Shown: in pieces, positions 10,665 through 21,573 of the stretch | How positions within the stretch are numbered: position 1 is the stretch's first letter | Layout: every line of letters starts with the position of its first letter | Source of the DNA: a virus | Length of the DNA: 64,000 nt | IMG/VR virus record: IMGVR_UViG_3300020205_002848 | Span: 1-64,000 of that record | Reading direction: 5' to 3' (one strand) | Translations under genes and position numbers: made by a program | The notes under the pieces: model-generated | Seen by the model: the letters and a program-made list of their open reading frames with translations, nothing else | What the model was told of the DNA's origin: nothing | Databases searched by the model: none

Positions 10665-12956
10665 TTATACTATGTCAGTAGCAGTTAAACTACCAAACTG
10701 TAAACCTGTTACTGTAAACCCAACTCTAACAATTATATCACCTGTGTAAGTGGGTGATCCAAAAGTTATTCTTCTAGATGTAGCAGTTGACGAAGCAACA
10801 TCAACAGCAGCAACTCCATTAGATCCAGAACCTGGATTACCAACTCCACCATAAGCCCCATCTCCATCCACCCATGATGTAGCCCCTTCAATTTTAATCT
10901 CTACTAATAAATTAGATTCTCCAGTAATCAAAGTGATTCCAGTTGAAGATATAAAGTTTAATGTAAACGCGTTATTATTTGTAAATGTACCTAAGTTAAA
11001 TGTTGCCCATCTTGTACCAGATGCACCAGAGTAGTTAGGGCCACCAACAGATGTATAATCAACTGTAGGGTAAACATATAACCCATTTCTCAATTGAAGT
11101 TCTTCTGTGTATGTAACAACTAACGACTGACTAGAACCATAAACTCCATTATAACCCGAAGCTGGATAACTTCCAGATCCTGATGTTTTTCTAGGAGTTT
11201 CATTTGAAACAGTATCAACTCTATGAGAAGTACTTGTATATGTTGTATTTGAACCATAAGTACCTATTGAGTTTCTACCTTTAACAGTGAAGAAGAATGA
11301 TAAATCACTAAATTGATTACTTTGTATTAATCCTGATTTACCAGTAACGTTTCCAGTTTCAGCATGTGATGTAGGAGTTGAATCAGGATCACCCGTTGAA
11401 CCAGCAATATGACCAGCATTTATAGCATAAACCGATGTGGCTGAATAAAAATAACTAGAAACATTATTTATATCAAATGCAATTGATGTAATATTATCAC
11501 TAGTTGTTAATGTAGGCACACCTGAAATATATGATGTCATTGAAGGAACAGTAGATGTTATAGTCCCAATTGAAACAGTTAATGGAGTATCAATATAATA
11601 TAAGAATGTCTCTGGTGAATCAGTACCTGGATGAAATAATTGTAATGTTCTCTGTGAAGAAGAAGCTGCAATAGTAGGTAAAGTACCAGCTAATGAAAAG
11701 TCGGTTATTCCTGTATAGAATCCAGCTTTTCCAGAAACTCCAAGATATGGATCAACAGAAGCACTGTGTCTAATATTACCAGTTGATTTAATAGTTGTAG
11801 CATTACCCGAAAATGTAACACCTTCTACTATAACACCATCATCAACTAAAGAAAATGTTAATCCATTTGTATCCACTCTAGAATTATCTTGAGTAGAAAC
11901 AACATCAACATCTGTTAAAGTCGGGGTTAAAGAAGTAAACATATTGACAACACCCGAACCACTAGTTAAAGCTCTTGGAGTATATGATGTATTAGTAAAT
12001 GAGATACTTGTTATAGCGTTGTTCCAATTCTTTGGAGGTATAGGTGCTAATAATAATAAAATTTCATTAAATCTATCAACAGCCGTTCCTATTGGAGTTG
12101 AAGGTACAAAATCAGTAAAGATACCATCGGTATATGTACCATCCTCAGCAGGTCCAATAGCTATACTAGCAGATCCACTAGTTAAATCTAAAGAAACAGT
12201 TCCAGCAACCGTTAGTCTACCTTGATTATCTACAGTAAAAGTAGGAATCTCAGTTGGACTACCATAAGAACCAGCAGTAACTCCAGTATTTGTCAAAGCA
12301 ACAGTATCTGATGATATAGTAAGACCAGTTCCAACATTTACATTTAATGATTGACCATAGTAAATTAAACCATCACCAGCTTGAATATTAGCTTGTTCAG
12401 AAAACTGAACCCACAATTGTGATTCTGTTCCAACTAAAATATTATCAGGGTCAGCAGCATCTGTTGTAGATAAAACCCATCCACTATGAGAATATATACC
12501 ACCTTCAGAAACGAAAACAAAGTTACCATGTGATACCTCACCAACTGGAATACCATCCGAATCAACAGATCTAGACCAAGAACCAGCAGTTGCTGAATAA
12601 ATACCATTTGAGTTGGTAGCGACATTCAAACCATCTTGAGCATTAACTAATACTCTATCCCCAGCACTAACTGTGAAACCATCTATAGGATATAAACCAG
12701 ATAAAGTAATAGATTGAGTAGCGGACACAACCATAACTGGTAATTTAGGATCTAATCCAGAAGCTACAGCATCTACATAATTTTTATTAACAACATCTAT
12801 TCCAATTAGTATGTTATCATCAGATACTCTTAGAGTTGATCCTGATTCGAAACTCATAGTAGCAGAAGAAGTAAAGGTTACTAAACCACTAACTCCACTT
12901 AATTTATCTAAAGAAATTGTTTCATCTCTAAGTTGCTTACCATCTAATAAAGCCAT
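10665..12956 (-). CDS. Virion structural/tail fibre protein
   Basis: 763 aa; KNYVDAVASGLDPK..GDRVLV..Q..NGIY..W.R..D..FVFVSEG is a common phage fibre N-terminal module. Confidence 0.7.
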   Translation of the reverse strand: MALLDGKQLRDETISLDKLSGVSGLVTFTSSATMSFESGSTLRVSDDNILIGIDVVNKNYVDAVASGLDPKLPVMVVSATQSITLSGLYPIDGFTVSAGDRVLVNAQDGLNVATNSNGIYSATAGSWSRSVDSDGIPVGEVSHGNFVFVSEGGIYSHSGWVLSTTDAADPDNILVGTESQLWVQFSEQANIQAGDGLIYYGQSLNVNVGTGLTISSDTVALTNTGVTAGSYGSPTEIPTFTVDNQGRLTVAGTVSLDLTSGSASIAIGPAEDGTYTDGIFTDFVPSTPIGTAVDRFNEILLLLAPIPPKNWNNAITSISFTNTSYTPRALTSGSGVVNMFTSLTPTLTDVDVVSTQDNSRVDTNGLTFSLVDDGVIVEGVTFSGNATTIKSTGNIRHSASVDPYLGVSGKAGFYTGITDFSLAGTLPTIAASSSQRTLQLFHPGTDSPETFLYYIDTPLTVSIGTITSTVPSMTSYISGVPTLTTSDNITSIAFDINNVSSYFYSATSVYAINAGHIAGSTGDPDSTPTSHAETGNVTGKSGLIQSNQFSDLSFFFTVKGRNSIGTYGSNTTYTSTSHRVDTVSNETPRKTSGSGSYPASGYNGVYGSSQSLVVTYTEELQLRNGLYVYPTVDYTSVGGPNYSGASGTRWATFNLGTFTNNNAFTLNFISSTGITLITGESNLLVEIKIEGATSWVDGDGAYGGVGNPGSGSNGVAAVDVASSTATSRRITFGSPTYTGDIIVRVGFTVTGLQFGSLTATDIV

Positions 12957-13002
12957 ATTTTATTTTTAATTTTTAATTTAATTTACTATCTATATATAAT
13001 AT

Positions 13003-14577
13003 TTAAATAAGATAAAGTAGTGATAATTTCCAAGTTATGTATAATCCTGTCCCTGCAACTGAACTATTCCAATAAAGACCATCTCCTATTTGTATATTAG
13101 TTGGTGAAAAATTATCTCGCGCTGTAGTACCACCATCACCACTGAAATAAAATGGAGTCAGAGTAGTAGAACCATATCCAACTTCAAATTCTTGACCATT
13201 TACAAAAACACCAACATAACTACCCACAACTGGAGTTCCTGATATTGTAAGTCCTGTAAATCCACCATCTCCTAAAACATTAGAAGTGATATTATACCCT
13301 TTATCTAAAGCAGAAATAAGACCACCTTTAGATTCAACCCAACTAAAATCACCTGAATTATCAACAGATAAAATATATCCAGCAGTTGCACCACCATTTG
13401 AAGCAGTATCTAATTTAGAAGCAGTTAAAGAACCATCTTTAACAACAGCTGAAACTGATGAACCATAAATACTATTAGATTGAGAGAATTGTATTGTATT
13501 AGAATCAACATATGATGTAGTTGACCCACCTGAAAATGATACAATCGCTAAACTCCCAAGATTTGAAAAAGTACCACCAGTTAAAATTAAAGACCCATTA
13601 GCAATAATAACATGACCATTGTTAATTAAAGTACCAGCTATTTCTAAATTACCATAAACCCAATATTGATAATATTGAGGGACAACTATATAATCATTAG
13701 GCTCTATATAATGTTTAACATTGAATAAATCTTCATTTGAAGGTTTATATAGTTGAAAATAAACTCCATCGTATGTTAAACTATAAACAACATCTGTTCT
13801 TAAATCACTTGGTAATAAATTAACCAAACCTGAAGTAGATACTTTTTTAACACCAATTGGACCCAATCCATTAACATCAAGTGTTACACTTGATCCAGTA
13901 TTACCTATTAAAAACTTTGTTAAAAATATCATATCATTATAATATTGATCAAAAGGTGGATCGGATGTAACTGTATAATCTAAACTATTTGATGAAGTAG
14001 CAGATAGTGATCTAATTTGTGATAATTTTTCTTTTTCCCAAAGACCACCCGATCCAAAAATACCTTCAAATCTATAAATTGAGTTATCTTCATCATCTAC
14101 TCTAACAGACATACCATCACTTGGTGTTGTAGAATCCCAGACACTAAGTGATGAATTCCATTGGACAACTTTATAACTACTTATAGAAGACCAATTGGTC
14201 CCAGTAGGTGAATTTCCCAGTATATATCTATCTCCATCTACTGGAGAAAGAGGCTCAGTATTACTAATAGATATAACAGAATCTATCCATTCAGTTCCAG
14301 AACCTGATCCAGATCCACTAAACTCTTTCCAATTCAAGTTATTCATTATACTAGTACTAGAGTATCCGTAAGTTAATTGATATGTTTTATTGTCAGAAAC
14401 AACATAACATAACATACCCCATTCTCTTCTTTCAAAAATAATAGCATCTCTGTCACCAGAAGTAGAAGATGTATGTAAACCACCTTTAATCTCAACAGCA
14501 TAAGCAGACGCAATTGGATCCAAAGAGTCATTTGGTCTAATCGCTGATGATACTAACGTTCCTATATTTTGAGCCAT
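13003..14577 (-). CDS. Virion structural protein (DUF2793-like segment)
   Basis: VISISNTEPLSPVDGDRYILG..P.G.W motif; located in the structural cluster. Confidence 0.6.
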   Translation of the reverse strand: MAQNIGTLVSSAIRPNDSLDPIASAYAVEIKGGLHTSSTSGDRDAIIFERREWGMLCYVVSDNKTYQLTYGYSSTSIMNNLNWKEFSGSGSGSGTEWIDSVISISNTEPLSPVDGDRYILGNSPTGTNWSSISSYKVVQWNSSLSVWDSTTPSDGMSVRVDDEDNSIYRFEGIFGSGGLWEKEKLSQIRSLSATSSNSLDYTVTSDPPFDQYYNDMIFLTKFLIGNTGSSVTLDVNGLGPIGVKKVSTSGLVNLLPSDLRTDVVYSLTYDGVYFQLYKPSNEDLFNVKHYIEPNDYIVVPQYYQYWVYGNLEIAGTLINNGHVIIANGSLILTGGTFSNLGSLAIVSFSGGSTTSYVDSNTIQFSQSNSIYGSSVSAVVKDGSLTASKLDTASNGGATAGYILSVDNSGDFSWVESKGGLISALDKGYNITSNVLGDGGFTGLTISGTPVVGSYVGVFVNGQEFEVGYGSTTLTPFYFSGDGGTTARDNFSPTNIQIGDGLYWNSSVAGTGLYITWKLSLLYLI

Positions 14578-14595
14578 TTATTTATTTTTAATTTT

Positions 14596-15615
14596 TTAAC
14601 TTATTACCACATTTAATGGAGAATTTTGTAAAGTATTACTTATCCAAACTTCATAATCACTCCCAGTAAATAAAAATTGATTTATAAAAGCGAAATTTGT
14701 TTTCACTCTCGTAAAAGCACTACTCCCTAAATTATTAACAGTGAATATAGGAGTGTAAGAACCAGACATATTACTAGGCCAAGCAAATATTAAATACTGA
14801 CCCGCTCCATTCATACTATTATATGTTTTATTTTTAGTTATAGACAATTCATTACCATAAGCATTACCATTGGCAACAGCCCCTGTTAAATTTTTAATTA
14901 AAGTTGATGTAACTAAAGACGAAACGGTAGAAGCAGATCCAGGATTCGTTGTTAAATTAGGATTACCAATTGATGTTAAATCCATTTTCCCCCAAAATAT
15001 TCTATTTTTCCAAGTAATGCTTGCTGTTTTTGAAATTGTTGATGTACCGTCACTAATTGACATAGTATAAGACTGAATAGTACCTGGATTAGATGATGGA
15101 TTAGAAGAACTATGTGTAGATGTAACAAGTTGAGTTCCACTTAATGGACTCAAAGGTTTAACAACACTATTAACAGTAATAGATGTTAGTGGACTAGTAT
15201 TAACAGTAGCCGACCAACTTAAATTAAATGAATAACCACTTGTATCACCATATTCTTTTGCAAAAGTAGGACTTAAAGAACCACCTGGAGCAACATATGG
15301 ATATAACATTCTATCTAAAACATCTTGAACCGTACCTGAAAAAGTAGATCCAGATGAAATACCACCAACTGCAATTGTAGACGGAGCGGTTCTAATATAA
15401 TCAACAGAAGAAGTCCCAATATTTGAAACGCTGGCACTAATTTGTCCAATTTTTTCCCATAAAGTATAAACAGAATCTCTAACGTCACTAGCGTCAATTA
15501 ACCCAGAAGAGTTATTTGGAAGTTGTATTAAAATTTCATCCAAAGTAGAGTACTCTCTACTCTCCGTTATGGTAGAATATGAACCACCAACTGAATAAGT
15601 ACTTACTATAGCCAT
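14596..15615 (-). CDS. Putative virion structural protein
   Basis: Ser/Thr-rich beta-type ORF heading the structural cluster; TAATATATA motif upstream. Confidence 0.55.
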   Translation of the reverse strand: MAIVSTYSVGGSYSTITESREYSTLDEILIQLPNNSSGLIDASDVRDSVYTLWEKIGQISASVSNIGTSSVDYIRTAPSTIAVGGISSGSTFSGTVQDVLDRMLYPYVAPGGSLSPTFAKEYGDTSGYSFNLSWSATVNTSPLTSITVNSVVKPLSPLSGTQLVTSTHSSSNPSSNPGTIQSYTMSISDGTSTISKTASITWKNRIFWGKMDLTSIGNPNLTTNPGSASTVSSLVTSTLIKNLTGAVANGNAYGNELSITKNKTYNSMNGAGQYLIFAWPSNMSGSYTPIFTVNNLGSSAFTRVKTNFAFINQFLFTGSDYEVWISNTLQNSPLNVVIS

Positions 15616-15693
15616 TTAATAATTTACTTTTGATGTATATATTAAAAGTGGAAGGTCAAAATATATAAAATTAGTATCATGATGTTTCATGTT

Positions 15694-16404
15694 TTAAGAA
15701 ATCCAGATAAAATAATCGTTTTTCTCACCTTCAAATGACCAATCTTCTCCTAAACAAGTAGAAATTAATTTTTTAACAACATTATCTGTTAAAATATCCA
15801 TTAATTTTATTGAAAATTTTTCCTCGTCAATTAAATCAGACAAACTGATACTTATATCATCAGTTAAGTCTATTTTTTTCTTTTTAGACTCTTCATAAAA
15901 ATGATCTAAAATATTATTAACAATTATATCATAATCTTCTTTAGAATAAACAATAACTTCCCAGTCATCATTTTGCCAATCATTTAATTTAAATTTATGC
16001 TTATCAGAATCAAGAACATCTAAACCACCTAGATTAATATCAAAATAATCAGCTAAAATTTTCTCCATTTTAATATCTGATTTTTCAATACCTTTATAAA
16101 GACATTCTTTTAAAGAAGAAATTTTAAAATCATTTGATTCAAAATATTTAAAAGATTCAAATGTAATAACACCATCACTTTCCATATTATATCTATCTTC
16201 AATAAGGTCTTTTAAAATTGTTTCAGACCCTTTAATATCTTTTAACTTATTTCTTTCTAGAAATTTATTAAATTTATCACCACCCGGTTTCAAATAATTT
16301 CTTAAACTTGAAGGTCTTATTTTATGAGTATCAATATAATGATCAAGTAAACTATTTATCAAGTCAGAATATTTATTTACATCTTCTCTATTATTAATTG
16401 ACAT
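15694..16404 (-). CDS. Hypothetical protein
   Basis: 236-aa ORF overlapping the upstream gene. Confidence 0.7.
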   Translation of the reverse strand: MSINNREDVNKYSDLINSLLDHYIDTHKIRPSSLRNYLKPGGDKFNKFLERNKLKDIKGSETILKDLIEDRYNMESDGVITFESFKYFESNDFKISSLKECLYKGIEKSDIKMEKILADYFDINLGGLDVLDSDKHKFKLNDWQNDDWEVIVYSKEDYDIIVNNILDHFYEESKKKKIDLTDDISISLSDLIDEEKFSIKLMDILTDNVVKKLISTCLGEDWSFEGEKNDYFIWIS

Positions 16405-16702
16405 CTTTATTTCTTATATTATATAGATCAAGAAATTTATCTTTATCTTTTTGTCTCTCTTCTTCTAAATCTTCTTTTTCATCATCATCTAATCTTTCAC
16501 CAATAGTGTCATAATATTCATCCTCAGATAATTCTTCCAATTCTCGAGAATTACAAAATTTACAATCATCTTCAGTTGAATTAACTGATTTATAAAGGGC
16601 ATTACACCCGTCACAATGGTAATAACTCGTCAAAACATCCTGACTAGTTGTTGGTAAAGTTTGACTAAAATCAAACATCTCATATGCTTTTATATACTTC
16701 AT
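16394..16702 (-). CDS. Small zinc-ribbon protein with capsid-targeting-like N-terminus
   Basis: MKYIKAYEMF start; CDGC...CKFC. Confidence 0.7.
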   Translation of the reverse strand: MKYIKAYEMFDFSQTLPTTSQDVLTSYYHCDGCNALYKSVNSTEDDCKFCNSRELEELSEDEYYDTIGERLDDDEKEDLEEERQKDKDKFLDLYNIRNKDVN

Positions 16703-16766
16703 ACAAATTATATATTAAATATAATTTTTCATTTTTTTATAATTTATAAATCAAAGATTAATAGAT

Positions 16767-16775
16767 TAATATATA
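16767..16775 (+). promoter_or_regulatory. TAATATATA putative late promoter (representative + strand copy)
   Basis: Exact copies upstream of + strand starts at 16767, 18893, 31683, 34287, 49921, 55243 and 60545. Confidence 0.65.
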
Positions 16776-16779
16776 GACT

Positions 16780-17682
16780 ATGAATTTATCACAACTAAAA
16801 GATTTTTATAATAAAAAGCCGGTAGAATTTGTTATCAAAGAGCATTATAACTTAATTGAAGACAATGAATTCATTCCTAGATTCTCATTAAAGAATGTTA
16901 AAGACATATCAAACATTCCTATTAACAAACCTATTAAATATTCTGATGATATTATGGCAAAAGCTATAAAATACGGAATGATGTTTTTAATAAATTATAA
17001 AGGAGAAGAAGATAAACACTTCGCTGGTCACGAAAGAGTAATCTATCCAATGGTTTTGGGTAGATCATCAAAAGGTAAAACTCTTTTAAGAGGATGGCAC
17101 TTGAATGGTTGGTCGGTTTCTCAAAAAAGACATGTTAATAAAATTTGGAGATTATTTAGAACCGATAGAATTCTTTCTATGACATTCACTGGATCATTTT
17201 ATAGATTACCCCCTTCAGGTTATAAAATGGACGATAAAGGAATGAGAGGTGGTATAGTAGCTAAAGCAGATTTTAGTGAAATTAGAAGAAATCAACAAAA
17301 TTTAGTTAACCAAAATAAGATACAAAATAGAGAAGAAGTCACAATGGGTGATGAAGAAAGGAAATTTATATCTATTAGAGCTAAAGATACTAAGACTCAA
17401 CTGGATTTAACAAAAGCGATGGAAAATTCATATATTAATAATCTAAAAGATACAGAAGCTTTAAGACTTTCTTTTTTAAAGAGTATTTATGGTAATAAAT
17501 ATATCGCAATATTAGGAGCTTTGGGTCAACCGGGTAATACTGTTAAAGTATTTACTGAACAAGGGTCTCAAATAGGAGTTTTTAAGGTATTAGACTCTAT
17601 AACAGGTCAAGTATTAAAAAGTATTAAGAATGTTAAAGGCAACACTTTATATGATTTATATCTTTTTGATAAAAAGGTATAA
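16780..17682 (+). CDS. WYL-domain protein
   Basis: INYKGE..ERVIYP..LG...LLRGWHL...WRLFRTDRI matches the WYL signature (R.FR.DRI). Confidence 0.7.
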   Translation: MNLSQLKDFYNKKPVEFVIKEHYNLIEDNEFIPRFSLKNVKDISNIPINKPIKYSDDIMAKAIKYGMMFLINYKGEEDKHFAGHERVIYPMVLGRSSKGKTLLRGWHLNGWSVSQKRHVNKIWRLFRTDRILSMTFTGSFYRLPPSGYKMDDKGMRGGIVAKADFSEIRRNQQNLVNQNKIQNREEVTMGDEERKFISIRAKDTKTQLDLTKAMENSYINNLKDTEALRLSFLKSIYGNKYIAILGALGQPGNTVKVFTEQGSQIGVFKVLDSITGQVLKSIKNVKGNTLYDLYLFDKKV

Positions 17683-17740
17683 TATTTATACACTAAATCG
17701 ATATAAATATTTTTATATATACTGAAAAATATATTTTTTT

Positions 17741-18895
17741 ATGCTTTATAAATTTAAATCTTTCTTAAAAGAAGAATTGAGAATCAGTGAAATGGATGGG
17801 TCTTCTTTATCTACATTAAAAGTAAATTTAATGGATAGATTAGTTGAATATAGAACCTATATTCTATCATCTATTATATACAACTTTGATACAAATAAAA
17901 TAGAATATAAAGATTTAGACTCTATTGACACTAAAGTTATTATCAGAGAATTATCAAATGAATTCACTGAAGAAGTGGTTCAAGAAATAAATATAGAATC
18001 ATTTCTTAGAAAACTAAATCAAATATTAGAACTTAGAAAAAGAAATACAAAAAGAAAAATCAGAGAATCTTTTGACGATTATTTTAAATCATTAAATGAT
18101 AGAATAGAACAAATTCATCAATCTGATACAAAAGATAACCTTGATGAATTTGAAGGAGAAGAATCTCTTTTGGATAGAAAAAAATATGAATCTGAGAAGT
18201 TTAAACTACAAGTTGAATTAGCAAAACTTCAAGAATGGGTTATTAAAAATAATAAAAAAGTAGCTATTGTCTTTGAAGGTAGAGATGCTGCTGGAAAAGG
18301 TTCTACAATCAAAAGATTTATTGAATATTTAAACCCAAAAGTCTACAGAGTTGTTGCTTTAGGTGTCCCAACAGAAGAAGAGAAAGAAAACTGGTTCGAA
18401 AGATATGAACAACACCTACCTAATGATGGAGAAATAGTATTTTTTGACCGTTCTTGGTACAATCGAGCGGTTGTCGAGCCGGCAATGGGTTATTGTACTG
18501 AAGAACAGTATGGCGAATTTATGAACAAAGTAGTTAAATGGGAAGAAAAACTAATAAAAGATAAGGATATAACTTTAATTAAATTTTGGTTCTCTATAAC
18601 ACAAGATAAACAAATTAAAAGATTCGAATTAAGACAAGCATCCCCATTAAAATATTGGAAATTCTCACCAAATGACGCAAAAGTACTTGATAAATGGGAA
18701 ATAATTGGAAACTTTAAAAGACAAATGTTTACACAAACATCATCAAGAAAATCACCATGGGTTATTATTAATTCAAATGATAAAAAAATAGGTAGACTTA
18801 ACGCAATAAGATATGTTCTTTCTAAAATAAACTATGAAGATAAGGACCCTGAAATGTGTAAGTATTACCCAGAGGTTGTTAATATTTTAATTTAA
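17741..18895 (+). CDS. ppk2: Polyphosphate kinase 2 with an N-terminal extension
   Basis: FEGRDAAGKG Walker A, FFDRSWYNRA Walker B, KFWFSI, WKFSPND, PWVII..DKK..RLN. Confidence 0.93.
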   Translation: MLYKFKSFLKEELRISEMDGSSLSTLKVNLMDRLVEYRTYILSSIIYNFDTNKIEYKDLDSIDTKVIIRELSNEFTEEVVQEINIESFLRKLNQILELRKRNTKRKIRESFDDYFKSLNDRIEQIHQSDTKDNLDEFEGEESLLDRKKYESEKFKLQVELAKLQEWVIKNNKKVAIVFEGRDAAGKGSTIKRFIEYLNPKVYRVVALGVPTEEEKENWFERYEQHLPNDGEIVFFDRSWYNRAVVEPAMGYCTEEQYGEFMNKVVKWEEKLIKDKDITLIKFWFSITQDKQIKRFELRQASPLKYWKFSPNDAKVLDKWEIIGNFKRQMFTQTSSRKSPWVIINSNDKKIGRLNAIRYVLSKINYEDKDPEMCKYYPEVVNILI

Positions 18896-18921
18896 TATAT
18901 AATAAAAAATAAATAAAAAAG

Positions 18922-19542
18922 ATGAGTAATTTACAATCATTTTCATCATTTAATGAAGAGAAAAAAGATAAATGGATTAAAGACGCTATTAAAAAACCTG
19001 GATCTTTAAGAAAATCCTTAAATAAAAAAGAAGGTGAGAAAATCACTAAAGGGGAAATAGATTCTGAATTACAAGCTCTTAGAGGAAAAGATAAAGACCC
19101 TAAGAAAAAAGGAGTTCAAGGTCTTTCTAAAAACGATTTAGCTAAATATAGAAAATTAAATTTAGCCAAAACTCTTAAAAGTTTAAAAGAACACGTAGAA
19201 ATACAAAATTATATGTTTTTCGGAAATCTTCAAACAATGAAAAGACTAATCGATAAGATGTTAGAGATGGATGAATCAAAACTTGATGAAATATTAAAAG
19301 AACATAACTGGGCTTTAGACCATATCGCAACTTCTAAGGATGATGTTGAAGAAGTTTTTAATTTTTTAGCTAGCAGTGATGAATCCGGTTATGAATCAGA
19401 TAATGATGATATACATTTACAACACCGTAACATGAGTTCTGATGATAATTCACAAGAAAGTGAAGAAGAAATGAATAATCAAATGGTTAAGCCAGAAGAC
19501 GATGAGACTAAAAACATTAAAGGTTTTTCAGATTTTAAATAG
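18922..19542 (+). CDS. Putative internal head protein
   Basis: MSNLQSFSSFNEE start, KWIKDAIKKPGSL motif, C-terminal IKGFSDFK. Confidence 0.6.
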   Translation: MSNLQSFSSFNEEKKDKWIKDAIKKPGSLRKSLNKKEGEKITKGEIDSELQALRGKDKDPKKKGVQGLSKNDLAKYRKLNLAKTLKSLKEHVEIQNYMFFGNLQTMKRLIDKMLEMDESKLDEILKEHNWALDHIATSKDDVEEVFNFLASSDESGYESDNDDIHLQHRNMSSDDNSQESEEEMNNQMVKPEDDETKNIKGFSDFK

Positions 19543-19560
19543 TAAAAAATAAATAATTAT

Positions 19561-20154
19561 ATGTATAGTAAAGAACAAATAGAAACAGCTTTGAAATCCA
19601 AAGGATATGTCTGGTTCGAGGATTTATCTAATAAAGGATTTGATGTAAATATAGTTGGTGTTAGAAATTCTTCCACTGGAGATAAAGTAACAAATGTATT
19701 TGATGATTACTTAACAGTATCATATAAAGAAAATGGTGAATGGAAATTTCATTCTTGGTCAGCAACAACCGATCCTGGTACTAAGGGAATTTTAGAAACT
19801 ACCAATAAGAGTGGAATCGCAAGACTAGTTGAAGGTCAATATAGAGGGTCACATACAATTAGATTACACCAAGGTAAATATGAAGCTTTAGGACAAGCTA
19901 AAAAAGTTAAAGTTTATCGCGATGCTAATCGTGATATGAAATATGATGAATCTAAAATTGAGGAGGGTGTGTTTGGAATAAATATACACCACGCAGGCGC
20001 TGACTCAACGTATGTTAACGATTGGTCAATGGGTTGTCAGGTATTCAAAAAGACTAAAGATTTTGAAGAGTTTATGAAAATTTGTCGCAAATCAAGAGAC
20101 ATACATGGTAATTCATTTACATATACACTAATTGAAAGTTCGGATATAAAGTAG
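19561..20154 (+). CDS. L,D-transpeptidase (YkuD)-like cell-wall enzyme, candidate endolysin
   Basis: GINIHHAG...WSMGCQV fits the H-x(n)-S-x-G-C catalytic motif. Confidence 0.55.
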   Translation: MYSKEQIETALKSKGYVWFEDLSNKGFDVNIVGVRNSSTGDKVTNVFDDYLTVSYKENGEWKFHSWSATTDPGTKGILETTNKSGIARLVEGQYRGSHTIRLHQGKYEALGQAKKVKVYRDANRDMKYDESKIEEGVFGINIHHAGADSTYVNDWSMGCQVFKKTKDFEEFMKICRKSRDIHGNSFTYTLIESSDIK

Positions 20155-20831
20155 TGATTGATTTTATTAAAAACTTCCCAGAAACCTCTGGTATATACAA
20201 AATAGTATCACCGACTGGTAGAATATATATAGGAGAGGCTAAAAATCTAAAAATAAGATGTTCTTATTACCTAAATCCGAATAGAATTAAAGGACAAAGG
20301 GCGATATATAACTCAATTGTTAAATATTCACCGGAAGCTCATTCGATTGATATTTTAGAATTTTGCGAAATAGAATTATTATTAGAAAGAGAGAGATATT
20401 ATCAAGAGTTATATGATAGTGTTGAAAATGGATTAAATTGTTTTTTTACTTCAACTAAAAATAAAAAGATGGTCTGGTCAGAAGAAACCAAACGTAAAAT
20501 GTCGGAAAACCAAAAGGGTGAAAATAACTCATTTTTTGGTAGAAAACATTCAAAAGAATCAATAGATAAAATTTCAAAAAGATCATCCGGTGAAAATAAT
20601 CCAAACTATGGTGGTAAGTTTAAGACCAATGAGTGGATAAAAAAACAAAGTATATCGAATAGTAAGGTGTTTATTAAAATCATTGATACTATTACCGGTG
20701 AAGAATATCTGTTCATAAATTCAAAGGAGGCGGCTACCTTCTTTGGTTGTTCATCAAGTTCAATAAGAGAAAATAAAAAAAATAATTGGAAATTAAAAGG
20801 CCGTTATACAATAGAAGATATCGCCAAATAA
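20154..20831 (+). mobile_element. Free-standing GIY-YIG homing endonuclease with NUMOD3-type repeats
   Basis: SGIYKI...IYIGEA..R..Y; ERERYY; SEETKRKMS..KGENNSFFGRKHSKES; GENNPNYG. Confidence 0.9.
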
Positions 20832-20835
20832 AATT

Positions 20836-20865
20836 AAACCTCTTAAAATACTAAGAGGTTTTTTT
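20836..20865 (+). terminator. Intrinsic terminator
   Basis: aaacctctta-aaatac-taagaggttt followed by a T run. Confidence 0.8.
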
Positions 20866-20903
20866 ATGCTCTAAACAAATCAGAAATTATTAATAAAAGT
20901 AAT

Positions 20904-21164
20904 ATGGAAAGCGCTACTCCCTATATTAAATATCTAATATCCGACATGGTTTTAGTAAATGATTGGATAGAAAAATTTGGAATAGGGGGAGATGATGAAA
21001 TTATTAAAAGTTCTGAAAAAATAGCATCTGAAATAAATTCTATTTTGAATAGAATGGAAGAAATGGGAATTGAGATAGGTGAAATCCATAATGAGTCATA
21101 TAATGTTGATAAACATATTAGAGATTTCAAGATAAAAAGAATATTAAACAATGAAGGAAATTGA
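20904..21164 (+). CDS. Hypothetical protein with C-terminal IRDFKIKRIL motif
   Basis: 86-aa ORF in an operon with overlapping starts. Confidence 0.65.
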   Translation: MESATPYIKYLISDMVLVNDWIEKFGIGGDDEIIKSSEKIASEINSILNRMEEMGIEIGEIHNESYNVDKHIRDFKIKRILNNEGN

Positions 21165-21573
21165 TGAATTCTTAGAGTTTCTTATGGATCACAAAGAAGA
21201 TGACAGACTATTATTTAGTAAAAAAATGAAATATGGTCATAGATATTACCATATAAACTTCATGGTCGATGACCAGCCAGATTCTAAAAGTTCAAATAAC
21301 ATGAGCTTTAGATATAGAGATACATTGGAAATAATATTTGATAACAGAAACCAATGTATTGAAATTATAGGGAGTGATGAGCCATCTTCATTAATAATAG
21401 AAGATGTTGAATTATTAAAGAAATGGTGTGATAAGTTAGAAGTTTTTATAAATGATAAGTTAGATAGTAGAGTAATGTCAATTTTTGAAAATACGTTAAA
21501 TAACTGTTATAATAAAAATCTACATAGAGAATATCAAATGAAAAAAATACTACCAGAAGATGAATCTTTATAA
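21151..21573 (+). CDS. Hypothetical protein
   Basis: 140-aa ORF overlapping both neighbours. Confidence 0.7.
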   Translation: MKEIDEFLEFLMDHKEDDRLLFSKKMKYGHRYYHINFMVDDQPDSKSSNNMSFRYRDTLEIIFDNRNQCIEIIGSDEPSSLIIEDVELLKKWCDKLEVFINDKLDSRVMSIFENTLNNCYNKNLHREYQMKKILPEDESL

